Assembly: GCA_963746805.1 (NCBI GenBank)
Contig: CAVVCQ010000007.1
Span: 70,510-134,509 of the forward strand
Length of the DNA stretch: 64,000 bases
From: an uncultured Actinomycetes bacterium
GTDB lineage: Bacteria > Actinomycetota > Thermoleophilia > Gaiellales > Gaiellaceae
Direction: 5' to 3'
The first letter of the stretch is position 1. Each line of letters starts with the position of its first letter. This document shows, one piece after another, positions 55,335-64,000 of the stretch. Under the pieces are notes generated by a model. That model was not told where the DNA came from, searched no databases, and saw nothing but the letters and a program-made list of their open reading frames with translations. The position numbers and the translations under genes were made by a program.

Positions 55335-56354
55335 TTATGCGCCGCCCACGTAGGAGTCGTCGAGCAACGAGCGGAGGGATACCAGCGGGGCGCTCGCGAA
55401 GAACTCGTCGAGCTCGGCGGGATCCGATTGCGCCACCGCTCGAGCCCAGGTGAGAGCCCGGGCGACCTTGCCGACGCGGCAGGCGAGCTCGAGCGTTTCG
55501 ACCAACTCCGAGTGGGGGGCGAGATCGTCGAACGGCTCCAGGTACGCGTCCCGGATTCGAACGAGCTCGGGTGCTTCAAGGCCGGTGGCGAGGTGGCGCT
55601 GCGCCCAGCCGAGAGGAACGAGCATGCAGGCGAAGGGATGCGCGATCACGGCGTCTCCCCAGTCGTAGAATCGCACCTCGTCAGGCCTGTCTAGCGCTGG
55701 GACGAGCATGTTCCAGGGGTGCAGGTCGTTGTGGTCGAGGCTCGCCTCCCCTGGCGCGGCCGCCAGGCGCTCGCACCACGAGCGGTAGCTGTCGCGAAGC
55801 GTCGTGACCTCGCGGACTGCCTCGTGGTCGCCGGCGTGGTGGCGCCCGACCGTCTCGACGGCCTCCTCGAATCGTGCCGGCATGATCTCGGGCCGCATGT
55901 CGGCGACGCCGGCGTCGAGGGCGGCGTCGAGATGCGGCGCGAACGCACGCTGCAGCTCCGCGTAGCAGCGCAGAATCGTCGCGAGCGCCTCGGCGAGTTC
56001 CGCTCCGGCGAGACGGTCCGCGAGTGGCGGCCCGCCGTCGGGGAGCAGTAACCATCCGCGAGTCTCGTCCGTCGCGATCGGGGCCAAGACGCGCTCCGGG
56101 ATGGCACGGGCGAGGAGTTCGTACAAGGCCGGCTCGAATGACGTTCCGGGGCCGGTGGCCTTCAGCCACACGCGACCGTGAGTCGTCCGGGCGCTCAGCA
56201 CGGTTGCCCATGGCTGCAGGGTCTGTTGCTCGAGCTCGCCGGTGCGCCTGATCGCGTGACGTTCGAGCTGCTCGTCGACCCAGGACGTCGCCGACTCATG
56301 CCACGCTTGCGATGCCCACGCTTCTATGCCCGTCGCGGCGACGATTGTTCGCAC
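55335..56354 (-). CDS. aminoglycoside/choline-kinase-like phosphotransferase (APH) family protein
   Basis: In-frame GTG 56354. Kinase core is ASLDHNDLHPWNMLV...VRFYDWGDAVIAHPF. Confidence 0.72.
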   Translation of the reverse strand: MRTIVAATGIEAWASQAWHESATSWVDEQLERHAIRRTGELEQQTLQPWATVLSARTTHGRVWLKATGPGTSFEPALYELLARAIPERVLAPIATDETRGWLLLPDGGPPLADRLAGAELAEALATILRCYAELQRAFAPHLDAALDAGVADMRPEIMPARFEEAVETVGRHHAGDHEAVREVTTLRDSYRSWCERLAAAPGEASLDHNDLHPWNMLVPALDRPDEVRFYDWGDAVIAHPFACMLVPLGWAQRHLATGLEAPELVRIRDAYLEPFDDLAPHSELVETLELACRVGKVARALTWARAVAQSDPAELDEFFASAPLVSLRSLLDDSYVGGA

Positions 56355-56395
56355 GCTCCCGCTCCGCTTCGCAGCGGCTAGGTGTCCCTCCCTGA

Positions 56396-56998
56396 TCAGC
56401 CCGCCCGAACCGGGACGTCGTAGCGACGCCGGACGCTCGAGCCGATCCGCGCGACGTCGGTTCCGTAAATGTGGATCGAGATCGCGGTGTCGACGCCGAC
56501 ATTCCGGACGCGGTGGATGTCGCCGGGCGGCGCGAACCCGCTCACATCGCCGGTCAGGTTCGCGTTCGACCCCGCCGCGAGGAGACACCCGCGCTCGTCG
56601 TCGAGTCGGAAGAGCTCTTCGTACTCCACGCCCTCGATGACCCCGAACACGCACCACGTCACGTGATCGTGGATCGTCGTCACTTGTCCCGGGCGCCAAA
56701 CCAGGGCGACGATCGAGAAGGCGCCGTCGGGCTCGATGTGGAGCACGTGGCTGCAGTACCTCTCCGGGTCGCCGATCCGCTGCTCGGCCGTGAGCACGTC
56801 GGGCGACGGCAGGTGGCGGGTCAGCTCATCGGCCACGAGCCGTGCGGTCTCCGCCCAGCCGGAGTGCCTGTCCACGACGGCGCGAACCGCGGTTACGAGC
56901 TCGTCCAGCTCCGGCGGGACAGCCTCGGCGGATCGGTCGTCCCGCCGCTCGATCAACCTGTCCGGGTGGCTGCTCAGCATCGGATCGCAGCGTCGCAT
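56396..56998 (-). CDS. cupin, cysteine-dioxygenase type I-like
   Basis: SIVALVWRPGQVTTIHDHVTWCVFGVIEGVEYEELF...GDIHRVRN...ISIHIYG. Confidence 0.7.
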   Translation of the reverse strand: MRRCDPMLSSHPDRLIERRDDRSAEAVPPELDELVTAVRAVVDRHSGWAETARLVADELTRHLPSPDVLTAEQRIGDPERYCSHVLHIEPDGAFSIVALVWRPGQVTTIHDHVTWCVFGVIEGVEYEELFRLDDERGCLLAAGSNANLTGDVSGFAPPGDIHRVRNVGVDTAISIHIYGTDVARIGSSVRRRYDVPVRAG

Positions 56999-57129
56999 CC
57001 GCGCTGCTTTCCTGTCGGTTCGGCTCGTGCCCGTCTCGCGCTACGGCTAGCCGCACTCTTTCTCGACGATTTGCGCAACGCTGGCATACTCAGTATAGTA
57101 CGCAGTATGCAACTGACCGCGAGCCATTC

Positions 57130-57713
57130 GTGAGCGTCCCGCACGCGCTTCTCGCGCTGCTGAGCCACGGGCCGAAGTACGGGCTGCGGCTGCAGAACCG
57201 AGTTCGAGGCGCGGACGGGCGAGGTCTGGCCGCTCAACGTCGGGCAGGTGTACACGACCCTCCAGCGCCTCGAACGGGACGGGCTCGTCGAGACCGACGA
57301 CGGGGCGGGCGAACGGTCGCGGAAGCGGTACCGCATCACGTCCGCCGGGGAGCACGAGCTCGCCGACTGGCTCCGCACGCCGCCCGACCTCGTTCCGCCC
57401 CCGCGCGACGAGCTCGTGATCAAGGTGCTCGTGGCCCTGCAGATCCCCGGGACCGACGTCCACGAGCTCCTGCAGGTGCACCGCCGGCACGTGATCGAGG
57501 CGATGCAGCGCTACACGCATATCAAGGCCGAAGCCGCAGAGGACGACCTCGCGCTGGCTCTCGTCGCCGACGCCGAGCTCTTCCGGCTCGAAGCGATCGT
57601 CCGCTGGCTCGACGCCGCCGACGTCCGCCTCAAGCAGCGGCCGCTCCAGCGCGCCGGCCGCACCGGCCGACATCCCTCTCGAAGCAACTCCGCCTATGGA
57701 GGTCTCGCAATGA
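57130..57713 (+). pseudogene. PadR-family transcriptional regulator with at least one frame break (about 57196-57201)
   Basis: GTG 57130 gives VSVPHALLALLSHGPKYGLRLQN in frame 1. Frame 2 then reads EFEARTGEVWPLNVGQVYTTLQRLERDGLVETDD...RYRITSAGEHELADWL. Frame 2 has no stop before the ABC ATG. A TGA overlapping that ATG exists only in frame 0, which suggests a second break. Confidence 0.7.
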
Positions 57714-58437
57714 CCAGCGCACTCGAACTGCGCCGGGTATCGAAGGTCTACGGCTCCGGGCCGACCGAGGTGCACGCGCTCCGCGACGTCGACCTCGCGG
57801 TCGAGCGCGGCGAGCTCGTGGCGATCATGGGGCCGAGCGGCTCCGGCAAGAGCACGCTCTTGACGATCGCCGGAAGCCTCGAAGAGGCGACGAGCGGCGA
57901 GGTACTGGTCGACGGCGTCGACCTGGCGACCGTGTCGCGATCCGACCGGGCCAAGCTGCGCCGCCGGTCGATCGGCTACGTCTTCCAGGACTTCAACCTG
58001 CTCCCCGGGCTGACGGCGGTCGAGAACGTCACGCTGCCGCTCGAGCTCGACGGCGTCCGCGCGAGGGCCGCACGCGGCTGCCGGCGCTCGAGGCGCTGTA
58101 CGAGCTCGTCGTCGAGGATCGCGCCGATCGCTTCCCGGACGAGCTCTCGGGCGGCGAGCGCCAGCGCGTTGCGATCGCCCGGGCGATCGTCGGCGACCGC
58201 GGGTCCTGCTCGCGGACGAGCCGACCGGCGCGCTCGACTCGGTGAACGGCGAGGCGGTCATGCGCCTGCTGCGGGCCGCGACGCAGCGGTGGCGTCGCGG
58301 GGGTCGTCGTCACGCACGAGGCGCACCTGGCGTCCTGGGCGGATCGAGTCGTCTTCCTGCGCGACGGCCACGTGATCGACGAGACCGTCGCGCCGCCCGG
58401 CCCGGAGTCGCTCCTCGCGGCCGGCGACCGGCGATGA
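57710..58437 (+). pseudogene. ABC transporter ATP-binding protein (MacB/LolD-like) with three frame breaks
   Basis: ATG 57710 sits 7 nt after GGAGG.
- Walker A (GPSGSGKSTLL) and the Q-loop lie in frame 2.
- The signature and Walker B region (LSGGERQRVAIARAIVGDR) lies in frame 1.
- LLADEPTGALDSVNGEAVMRLL lies in frame 0.
- GVVVTHEAHLASWADRVVFLRDGHVIDE...GDRR* lies in frame 1.

The breaks are near 58070-58085, 58196-58203 and 58286-58291. Confidence 0.8.
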
Positions 58438-61002
58438 CGACGCTCGCTCAGCGGTCGGCGCTGGGCGGACCGAAGAACGGCGGCGTTGCCGCCCGCCGCG
58501 CGGTCGTTCGCTGGGCGTTGCGCATGTTCCGTCGCGAGTGGCGCCAGCAGGTCCTGGTGACGGCTCTCCTCACGGTTGCGGTCGCGGCCGCGATCGGCAG
58601 CGTCACGGTCGCCTACAACTCGGCGCCCGCGGAGGATGCCGAGTTCGGCTCGGCCGGTCACCTGCTCCGGTTCGACGGCGGCGATCCGCGCCTGCTGGCG
58701 GCGGGTCTCGCCGCCGCCGAGGAGCGGCTCGGGACGATCGACGTCATCGGCCACCGCTCATTGACCGTTCCCGGCGGCGTCGACAAGGTCGAGTTCCGCG
58801 CCCAGGACCCGCGCGGGGCGTACGGTGGCGCGCGCCTGGCGCTCCGCCGAGGCAGCTACCCGAACGGAGCCGACGAAGCTGCCGTCACCGACGGCGTGGC
58901 CACGCTCCTGGGGCTCGAGATCGGGAAGACGCTTGCCCTCGACGGCCGTCGCCGGACGGTCGTCGGCATCGTCGAGAACCCACGCAATCTGAGCGACGAG
59001 TTCGCGCTCGTCTCCCCCTCGTCGGCAGGACGACCGGATCACGTCACGGTCCTCGTCGACGCCGACGCCGGCGCGGTGGACGCCTTCATCGACGAGCAAC
59101 ACTTCCAGGGAAACCGGTCCGCGTTGGTGGGGTCCGAGCCTCGGCGCAACAACCGGGGGGCGGACGCGCTGGCGATGTTCTCCGTGGCCACGGTCTTCAT
59201 GCTGCTGGCCACGCTCGTCGCCGCGGCAGGCTTCGCCGTCATCGCTCAGCGACGGCTCCGCCAGCTGGGCATGCTCGCTGCGATCGGTGCGACCGGGAAG
59301 CACCTCCGGCTCGTGCTTCTCACCAACGGCACGGTCGTCGGCGCGATCGGCGCGCTGCTCGGGACGATCGCAGGTCTCGCGCTCTGGGTCGCGCTCGTCC
59401 CGACGCTCGAGCCGGCTTTCGGTCATCGCATCGACCCGGTCAGCCTGCCGTGGGCGCTGCTCGCGATGGTCGTGCTCGTCGCCGTGCTCGGGGCGACCGC
59501 CGCAGCCTGGTGGCCCGGGCGGGCGGTCGCGCGCGTCCCGGTCACGCTCGCCCTCTCGGCGCGACCCCCCAGGCCGAAGCCGGCTCACCGCTCGGCGCTC
59601 GTCGCCGCCGTCTTGATCCCGGCGGGATTCGCCAGCCTCGCGCTCTCCAACCAGAGCAGCGCCGCTGCTCATCATCGCCGGAATCGTCGCGACGATCCTC
59701 GGCACGCTGCTGCTGGGGCCGCTGGCGATTCGCCTCGTCGCCCGGGCGGCCGGACGCTCCCCGATCGCCGTGCGCCTGGCGCTGCGGGATCTCGCCCGCT
59801 ACCAGGCCCGCTCCGGTTCAGCCCTCGCCGCGATCACCCTCGCACTCGGGATCGCGGCGGCGGTCGTCGTCGTCGCGGCGGCCGAGGAGGGGAAGTCGGC
59901 CGGCGAGCCGCCCAACCTCTCCCCGCGGCAGATCCGCGTGCACACGGGGCCGTCCGAGGTGGACCTCGTCGCGGTTCTGAGCGCCGCCGAGCTCGAGCGC
60001 ATGGCTGTCGGCGTCCGCCGGCTCGCGGCGGATCTTGACAATGCGGCCGTCATACCGCTGCACAACGTCAGCCAGCCGGGCGAGCCGCCCGGCACCGTCG
60101 ACGGCGTTCGGGTCCACCACACGCACGGGCTCTACCGGAAGATCGGCGATCCCGACAGCACGCGCTGGTCGGGGAGAGCCCTCCTCTGCAAGAGCGAGAC
60201 GGACTGCTGGGTCCTCGAGTCGCGCCTCTACGTCGCGACGCCCGCGCTGCTCCGTTACCTCGGGATCGACCCCGCTTCGGTCGACGCGAGCACGGACTTC
60301 CTGGCCGACCCGGGCGTCGAGACGGGCGAGCTCGTCCTGCCCTTCCCGAAGCCGGCGGAGCGCGAGATCGTCGAGCTCCCGGTCACCAACGTCCAGAGGA
60401 TCGACAGCCGGAAGCTCTTCGGCTCTCCGAGCGGGGAGAGCGCCCTCGCGCCGGCCACGTTCATCACCCTCGACGGTCTCCGCCGCCTGGGCTTCCGACA
60501 GGTCCCGTCCGGCTGGATCGTCGAGTCGGGCCGGCCCCTGACGAGCGAGCAGGTCGCCGATGCCCGGGCGATCGCGGCCGACAACGGCTTGACGATCGAG
60601 ACACGGCGAGAGAGCGCGTCGTACACGACGATCAAGGCCGTCGCGATCGCGGCCGGCGCCCTTCTCGCGCTGGCGATCCTCGCCATGACCGTCGGGCTGA
60701 TCCGCAGCGAGAGCGCCGGCGACCTGCGCACCCTGACGGCGACCGGCGCAACGAGCGGGATCCGCCGCACGCTGACGGCCGCCACCGCCGGCGCGCTCGC
60801 TCTCCTGGGCGCGCTCCTCGGCGTCGCGGGCGCGTATCTCGCGCTCGCAGCGACGTACTTCGACGACCTCGGCTACCTCGGTCGGATCCCGGTGCTCTCC
60901 CTCGCCGTCATGGTCGTCGGCGTCCCTCTGACGGCTGCCGCGGCCGGCTGGCTCCTCGCCGGCCGCCAGCCATCGACGATCACCCGGCCGGCGATCGAAT
61001 GA
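58434..61002 (+). pseudogene. FtsX-domain ABC transporter permease (two FtsX modules) with a frame break near 59650-59665
   Basis: ATG 58434 overlaps the ATPase stop (ATGA). Frame 0 runs to ...AGFASLALSNQSS. Frame 1 then reads PLLIIAGIVATILGTLLLGPLAIRLVARAAGRSPIAVRLALRDLARYQARS... to TGA 61002. It has a large extracytoplasmic domain after TM1 in each half. Confidence 0.78.
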
Positions 61003-61100
61003 CGGGCAACCGCCCCCACGGGCTGGGTCTGCTTCTCGTCCTTGCCGCGTTGGCAACCACGGTTGTCGCATGCGGTGGCAACGAAGCATGCCGCTCGTGA
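60999..61100 (+). CDS. 33-codon lipoprotein-signal mini-ORF (mini-lipoprotein or truncated lipoprotein gene)
   Basis: ATG 60999 overlaps the permease stop (ATGA). Sequence MTGNRPHGLGLLLVLAALATTVVACGGNEACRS* has an n-h-c signal and a VVAC lipobox. Only 9 residues follow, counting the lipidated Cys. Confidence 0.35.
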   Translation: MTGNRPHGLGLLLVLAALATTVVACGGNEACRS

Positions 61101-61146
61101 CTAGGGTCGTTGTCGACCACCAGAGTCGAGGCGAAAGGGGCTGTGC

Positions 61147-61503
61147 ATGATCACCGGGGTTCACGCAATCGTCTTCAGCAAGGACGCGGCGGGCGTGCGC
61201 GAGCTCTTCCGAGATGTGCTCGGGTTCCCGTCGGTTGATGCCGGTGACGGCTGGCCGATCTTCGGGCTGCCGCCGGCGGAGCTAGCGGCCCATCCGACCG
61301 AAGGCCCCGATCACCACGAGCTCTACCTCATGTGCGACGACGTGCACGCCACGGTCGAGGAGCTCAAGGCCAAGGGCGTCCAGCTGGCGCACCCGGTACG
61401 CGACGAAGCATTCGGTCTGTTGACGGCGATCGTCCTGCCGGGTGGCGGCGAGCTTGGACTGTACGAGCCGCGGCACGCGAGCCCACTCACGCCGTCCGAA
61501 TAG
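61147..61503 (+). CDS. VOC (glyoxalase/bleomycin-resistance/dioxygenase) family protein
   Basis: MITGVHAIVFSKDAAGVRELFRDVLGFPSVD...HELYLMCDDVHATVEELKAKGV... Confidence 0.75.
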   Translation: MITGVHAIVFSKDAAGVRELFRDVLGFPSVDAGDGWPIFGLPPAELAAHPTEGPDHHELYLMCDDVHATVEELKAKGVQLAHPVRDEAFGLLTAIVLPGGGELGLYEPRHASPLTPSE

Positions 61504-61522
61504 GACGAGCGCCACGGTGAGC

Positions 61523-62086
61523 ATGGTCGAGATCGTGACCGAGCGTCTGACCCTGCGGCCCTTTCAGGTCGACGACCTCGAGGCGTTCGTCGCCTACCGG
61601 AGCGATCCCGAAGTCGCGCGGTATCAGTCGTGGGACCGCACGTATTCGATGGCCGATGCCGAGTCTTTCCTGAGCTCACAACGCGAGCTGGTGTTCGGTC
61701 AACCCGGAGAGTGGCTGCAGCTGGCGATCGTCGATCGGGAGACGGGCACGGTGTGTGGGGATTGCGCTGTGCGAGTCGTGAGTGACCAGCCGGCGACCGC
61801 CGAGGTCGGCGTCACGCTGGCGCAGGCAAACCAGGGCAGGGGCCTGGCGACCGAGGCGCTCACGGCCGTCGTGACAGAACTGTTCGAGCAGCGTGGCATC
61901 CATCGAGTCTTTGCTCAGGCCGACGATCGCAACGTTCCGGTCCGGCGTCTGCTCGAGCGCTTGGGCTTCCGCTGCGAGGCGCGCCTGGTCGAGGCCGACT
62001 GGTTCAAGGGCGAGTGGTCGACGCTGCGCGTCTACGCGATGCTGGACCGGGAGTGGCGCGGGCGGCAGAGCGCGGAGCGGCAGTAA
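61523..62086 (+). CDS. GNAT N-acetyltransferase (RimJ/RimL-like)
   Basis: MVEIVTERLTLRPFQVDDLEAFVAYRSDPEVARYQ...QGRGLATEALTAVVTELFE...RRLLERLGFRCE. Alternative start is GTG 61517. Confidence 0.8.
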   Translation: MVEIVTERLTLRPFQVDDLEAFVAYRSDPEVARYQSWDRTYSMADAESFLSSQRELVFGQPGEWLQLAIVDRETGTVCGDCAVRVVSDQPATAEVGVTLAQANQGRGLATEALTAVVTELFEQRGIHRVFAQADDRNVPVRRLLERLGFRCEARLVEADWFKGEWSTLRVYAMLDREWRGRQSAERQ

Positions 62087-62101
62087 CGTGGATGCGCGGA
62101 G

Positions 62102-62842
62102 CTAGGGTCGATCGTCCGCGTCGATGCCCAGGCGGGCCGACGGCGGCGGCTCGTCGAACTCGTCGTGGCGGCGGAACCAGAACGAACCCGGCGCACGTGG
62201 CCAGCCCTCGGGCAAGTCCTCGTCGTCGGACTGGCCGCCGTAGGGCGTCAAGGACCACAAGCTCCAGAGGCTGCCGATCCACTGGACCATCGCTCCGTGC
62301 TGGAGGAAGTAGGTGCGGTAGACGTCGTTGCCGTCGCGCAGGAAGACGTTGAAGCCGAACCACTCGTCGACCCCGAAGTCAGCCGAGAAGCGCTCCGTGC
62401 GGATCGTGTACCAGGGCACGTCGGTCCAACCCATGCGCTCGGCGTAGCGGCGGAGGTTCGCCTGAGGTGCCGGCGATGCCATCGCGAAGGTGATGTCGCG
62501 AGCGTGCAGGAGGCCGAGCTCGGGGATGCCGTCGGCGACGGACGAGCAGCCGACGCACCCGGCGTCGGGCCAACCGCGGACACCCTCCTCGAAGTAGAAC
62601 CGGTAGAGGATCAGCTGGCTGCGACCGTCGAACAGCTCGGGCAGCGATCGCTCCCCGTCGGGACCCTCGAACGCGTAGTCGCGCTCCACCCGCACCATCG
62701 GCATGCGCTTCCGTGCGGCGGCGAGCTCGTGCATCGCGGCGGCGACGTTCTGCTCGCGCTCGAGCAGGGCCGTCCGAGCCGCGTCCCACTCGGGCTGACT
62801 GACGACAGGCGGACGAGCAAGGGTCGCCGCGGGTTTCTCCAT
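62102..62842 (-). CDS. DUF899 thioredoxin-like family protein
   Basis: SQPEWDAARTALLEREQNVAAAMHELAAARKRMPMV...RSQLILYRFYFE...GCVGCSSVAD...NVFLRDGNDVYRTYF. Confidence 0.72.
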   Translation of the reverse strand: MEKPAATLARPPVVSQPEWDAARTALLEREQNVAAAMHELAAARKRMPMVRVERDYAFEGPDGERSLPELFDGRSQLILYRFYFEEGVRGWPDAGCVGCSSVADGIPELGLLHARDITFAMASPAPQANLRRYAERMGWTDVPWYTIRTERFSADFGVDEWFGFNVFLRDGNDVYRTYFLQHGAMVQWIGSLWSLWSLTPYGGQSDDEDLPEGWPRAPGSFWFRRHDEFDEPPPSARLGIDADDRP

Positions 62843-63012
62843 GCCGGTCGTCTACCCCGACTGTCGCGGGACCCAAACGATCCAGAACCTCGGGGGCATT
62901 CTTGAACGCCGGCCCAGTCTCTGGCGGAGTCGATCGGCTCGCGTCGCAACTGTCTCTTGAACCGCGAGCGACGTCGTCGTAGCGTCCTACTTCAGTCAAC
63001 AAGGGAGCCTGC

Positions 63013-63711
63013 ATGAGATTCAGATCGTTCCTGGCCCTGGCCATTCTGGTGCTGCTTGCGGTGCCGGCGACCGCCTCGGCGGAGAACCCGAAGACGTGGC
63101 GCGTCACGATCGACAACCTGACCGGCCCGCCTGTCGCGTCGCTTGGCCAGCCGCTGTCCGCGCCGCTCGTCGCAGTGCACTCGAACCAGGCGGACATGTG
63201 GAGCTTGGGCGAACAGGCGAGCGAGACGATTCGCTACATCGCCGAGGACGGCATGCCACAGTTCGGCCTCGCCGCGCTGACCGGGCAGCCGGGTTACCGG
63301 AGCGTGGCGATCGAGCACTTGGGGACGTTCCCAGGGTTTCCGGGCCTGAATCCGATCCCGATCTTCCCGGCCGCCTCGCGCACGTTCGAGGTGACCTCGA
63401 GCGGCAAGTACGACCGTCTCAGCATCGCGATGATGCTCGGGCTGACGAACGACGGCTTCACAGGCCTCGACTCCGTGCCGCTGCACGGTGACGGCGGCGT
63501 CTACTACACCTCCGGGTACGACGCGGGGACCGAGCGCAACAACGAGACGTTCGCGTTTCTGGCGAACCTCTCGCTCATGTTCTTCGTCCGCGATCCCGAG
63601 GGCGGCGTCATCACGCACCATCCGGGCATTCGGGGCGGCGCGGCGCTCATTCCTGCGGCCCACGGCTGGAACGACCCGGTCGCGCGAATCACGGTGACCC
63701 GGCAGAAGTAG
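63013..63711 (+). CDS. secreted spondin_N-like domain protein
   Basis: Signal peptide is MRFRSFLALAILVLLAVPATASA. Also has LSAPLVAVHSN...IAEDGMPQ...LSIAMMLGLTNDGFTGL. Confidence 0.5.
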   Translation: MRFRSFLALAILVLLAVPATASAENPKTWRVTIDNLTGPPVASLGQPLSAPLVAVHSNQADMWSLGEQASETIRYIAEDGMPQFGLAALTGQPGYRSVAIEHLGTFPGFPGLNPIPIFPAASRTFEVTSSGKYDRLSIAMMLGLTNDGFTGLDSVPLHGDGGVYYTSGYDAGTERNNETFAFLANLSLMFFVRDPEGGVITHHPGIRGGAALIPAAHGWNDPVARITVTRQK

Positions 63712-63870
63712 AGATCGTTCGTTGCCTGGCGGGTCGAGGCTCCGCGCCTCGGCCCGTTCGGCATCGTGCTCGCCGGCTTGTGCGAGCGGTGAGATGCTCT
63801 GAGCCGTGAGGGCCTCTCGAGCAGGGGGAGCACTGACACCGTGCCTCGAGCGGACGAGGACGGAGGTGAC

Positions 63871-64000
63871 GTGAGAGAAGGCGAAGGACGGATGCAGTGG
63901 CGGGGCCACGAGACGTGGTACCGCGTCGTTGGGCAGCTCGACGCGAGCGCCGCGCAGACCCCGGTCGTCATCTGTCACGGCGGGCCTGGTGCGGCCCATG
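63871..64000 (+). CDS. 5' end of an alpha/beta hydrolase (proline-iminopeptidase-like), truncated by the window edge
   Basis: GTG 63871 sits 4 nt after GGAGG. Sequence VREGEGRMQWRGHETWYRVVGQLD...TPVVICHGGPGAAH. Confidence 0.6.
   Translation, partial: MREGEGRMQWRGHETWYRVVGQLDASAAQTPVVICHGGPGAAH

Overview
Very GC-rich chromosomal segment with strong G/C bias at third codon positions, so long Arg/Pro/Ala-rich shadow ORFs appear on every strand. Gene content looks like an Actinomycetota-type bacterium; I cannot place it more precisely. I support about 65 protein-coding genes or gene remnants, one tRNA-Thr, several stem-loops and several repeats. I saw no rRNA, CRISPR array, transposase or integrase.

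Recognisable content:
- Core functions: otsA, two sigma-70 paralogues, nrdJ (class II RNR), tmk-holB, groES-groEL, a lone clpP.
- Carbon and sulfur metabolism: an ltrA-like/glpD/glpK/hydrolase operon and a cysteine-synthase-family gene.
- Cell wall: L,D-transpeptidase, two near-identical NlpC/P60 genes, and a Wzy-like/LytR_C/epimerase locus.
- Regulators: two ECF-type sigma modules, a SARP-cyclase-STAND mega-regulator, ArsR/SRPBCC, and an ANTAR regulator.
- Transport and redox: a two-subunit GMC dehydrogenase beside a cupredoxin, and a peptide ABC importer that stops after one permease.
- Assorted small enzymes.

Most interesting observations:
1. A translationally coupled operon (6.8-11.4 kb) joins four unrecognisable soluble proteins to a divergent polyprenyl synthase and a geranylgeranyl reductase.
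2. Tandemly duplicated acidic mini-proteins are coupled to the cupredoxin gene.
3. A roughly 500-nt highly structured non-coding region lies upstream of a sigma factor that carries a membrane tail.
4. Direct repeats next to tRNA-Thr flank a small insert.
5. There are at least a dozen reading-frame breaks, clustered in a few loci. These are either real gene decay or indel errors.

All calls come from reading the sequence and ORF track by eye. No database search was run.
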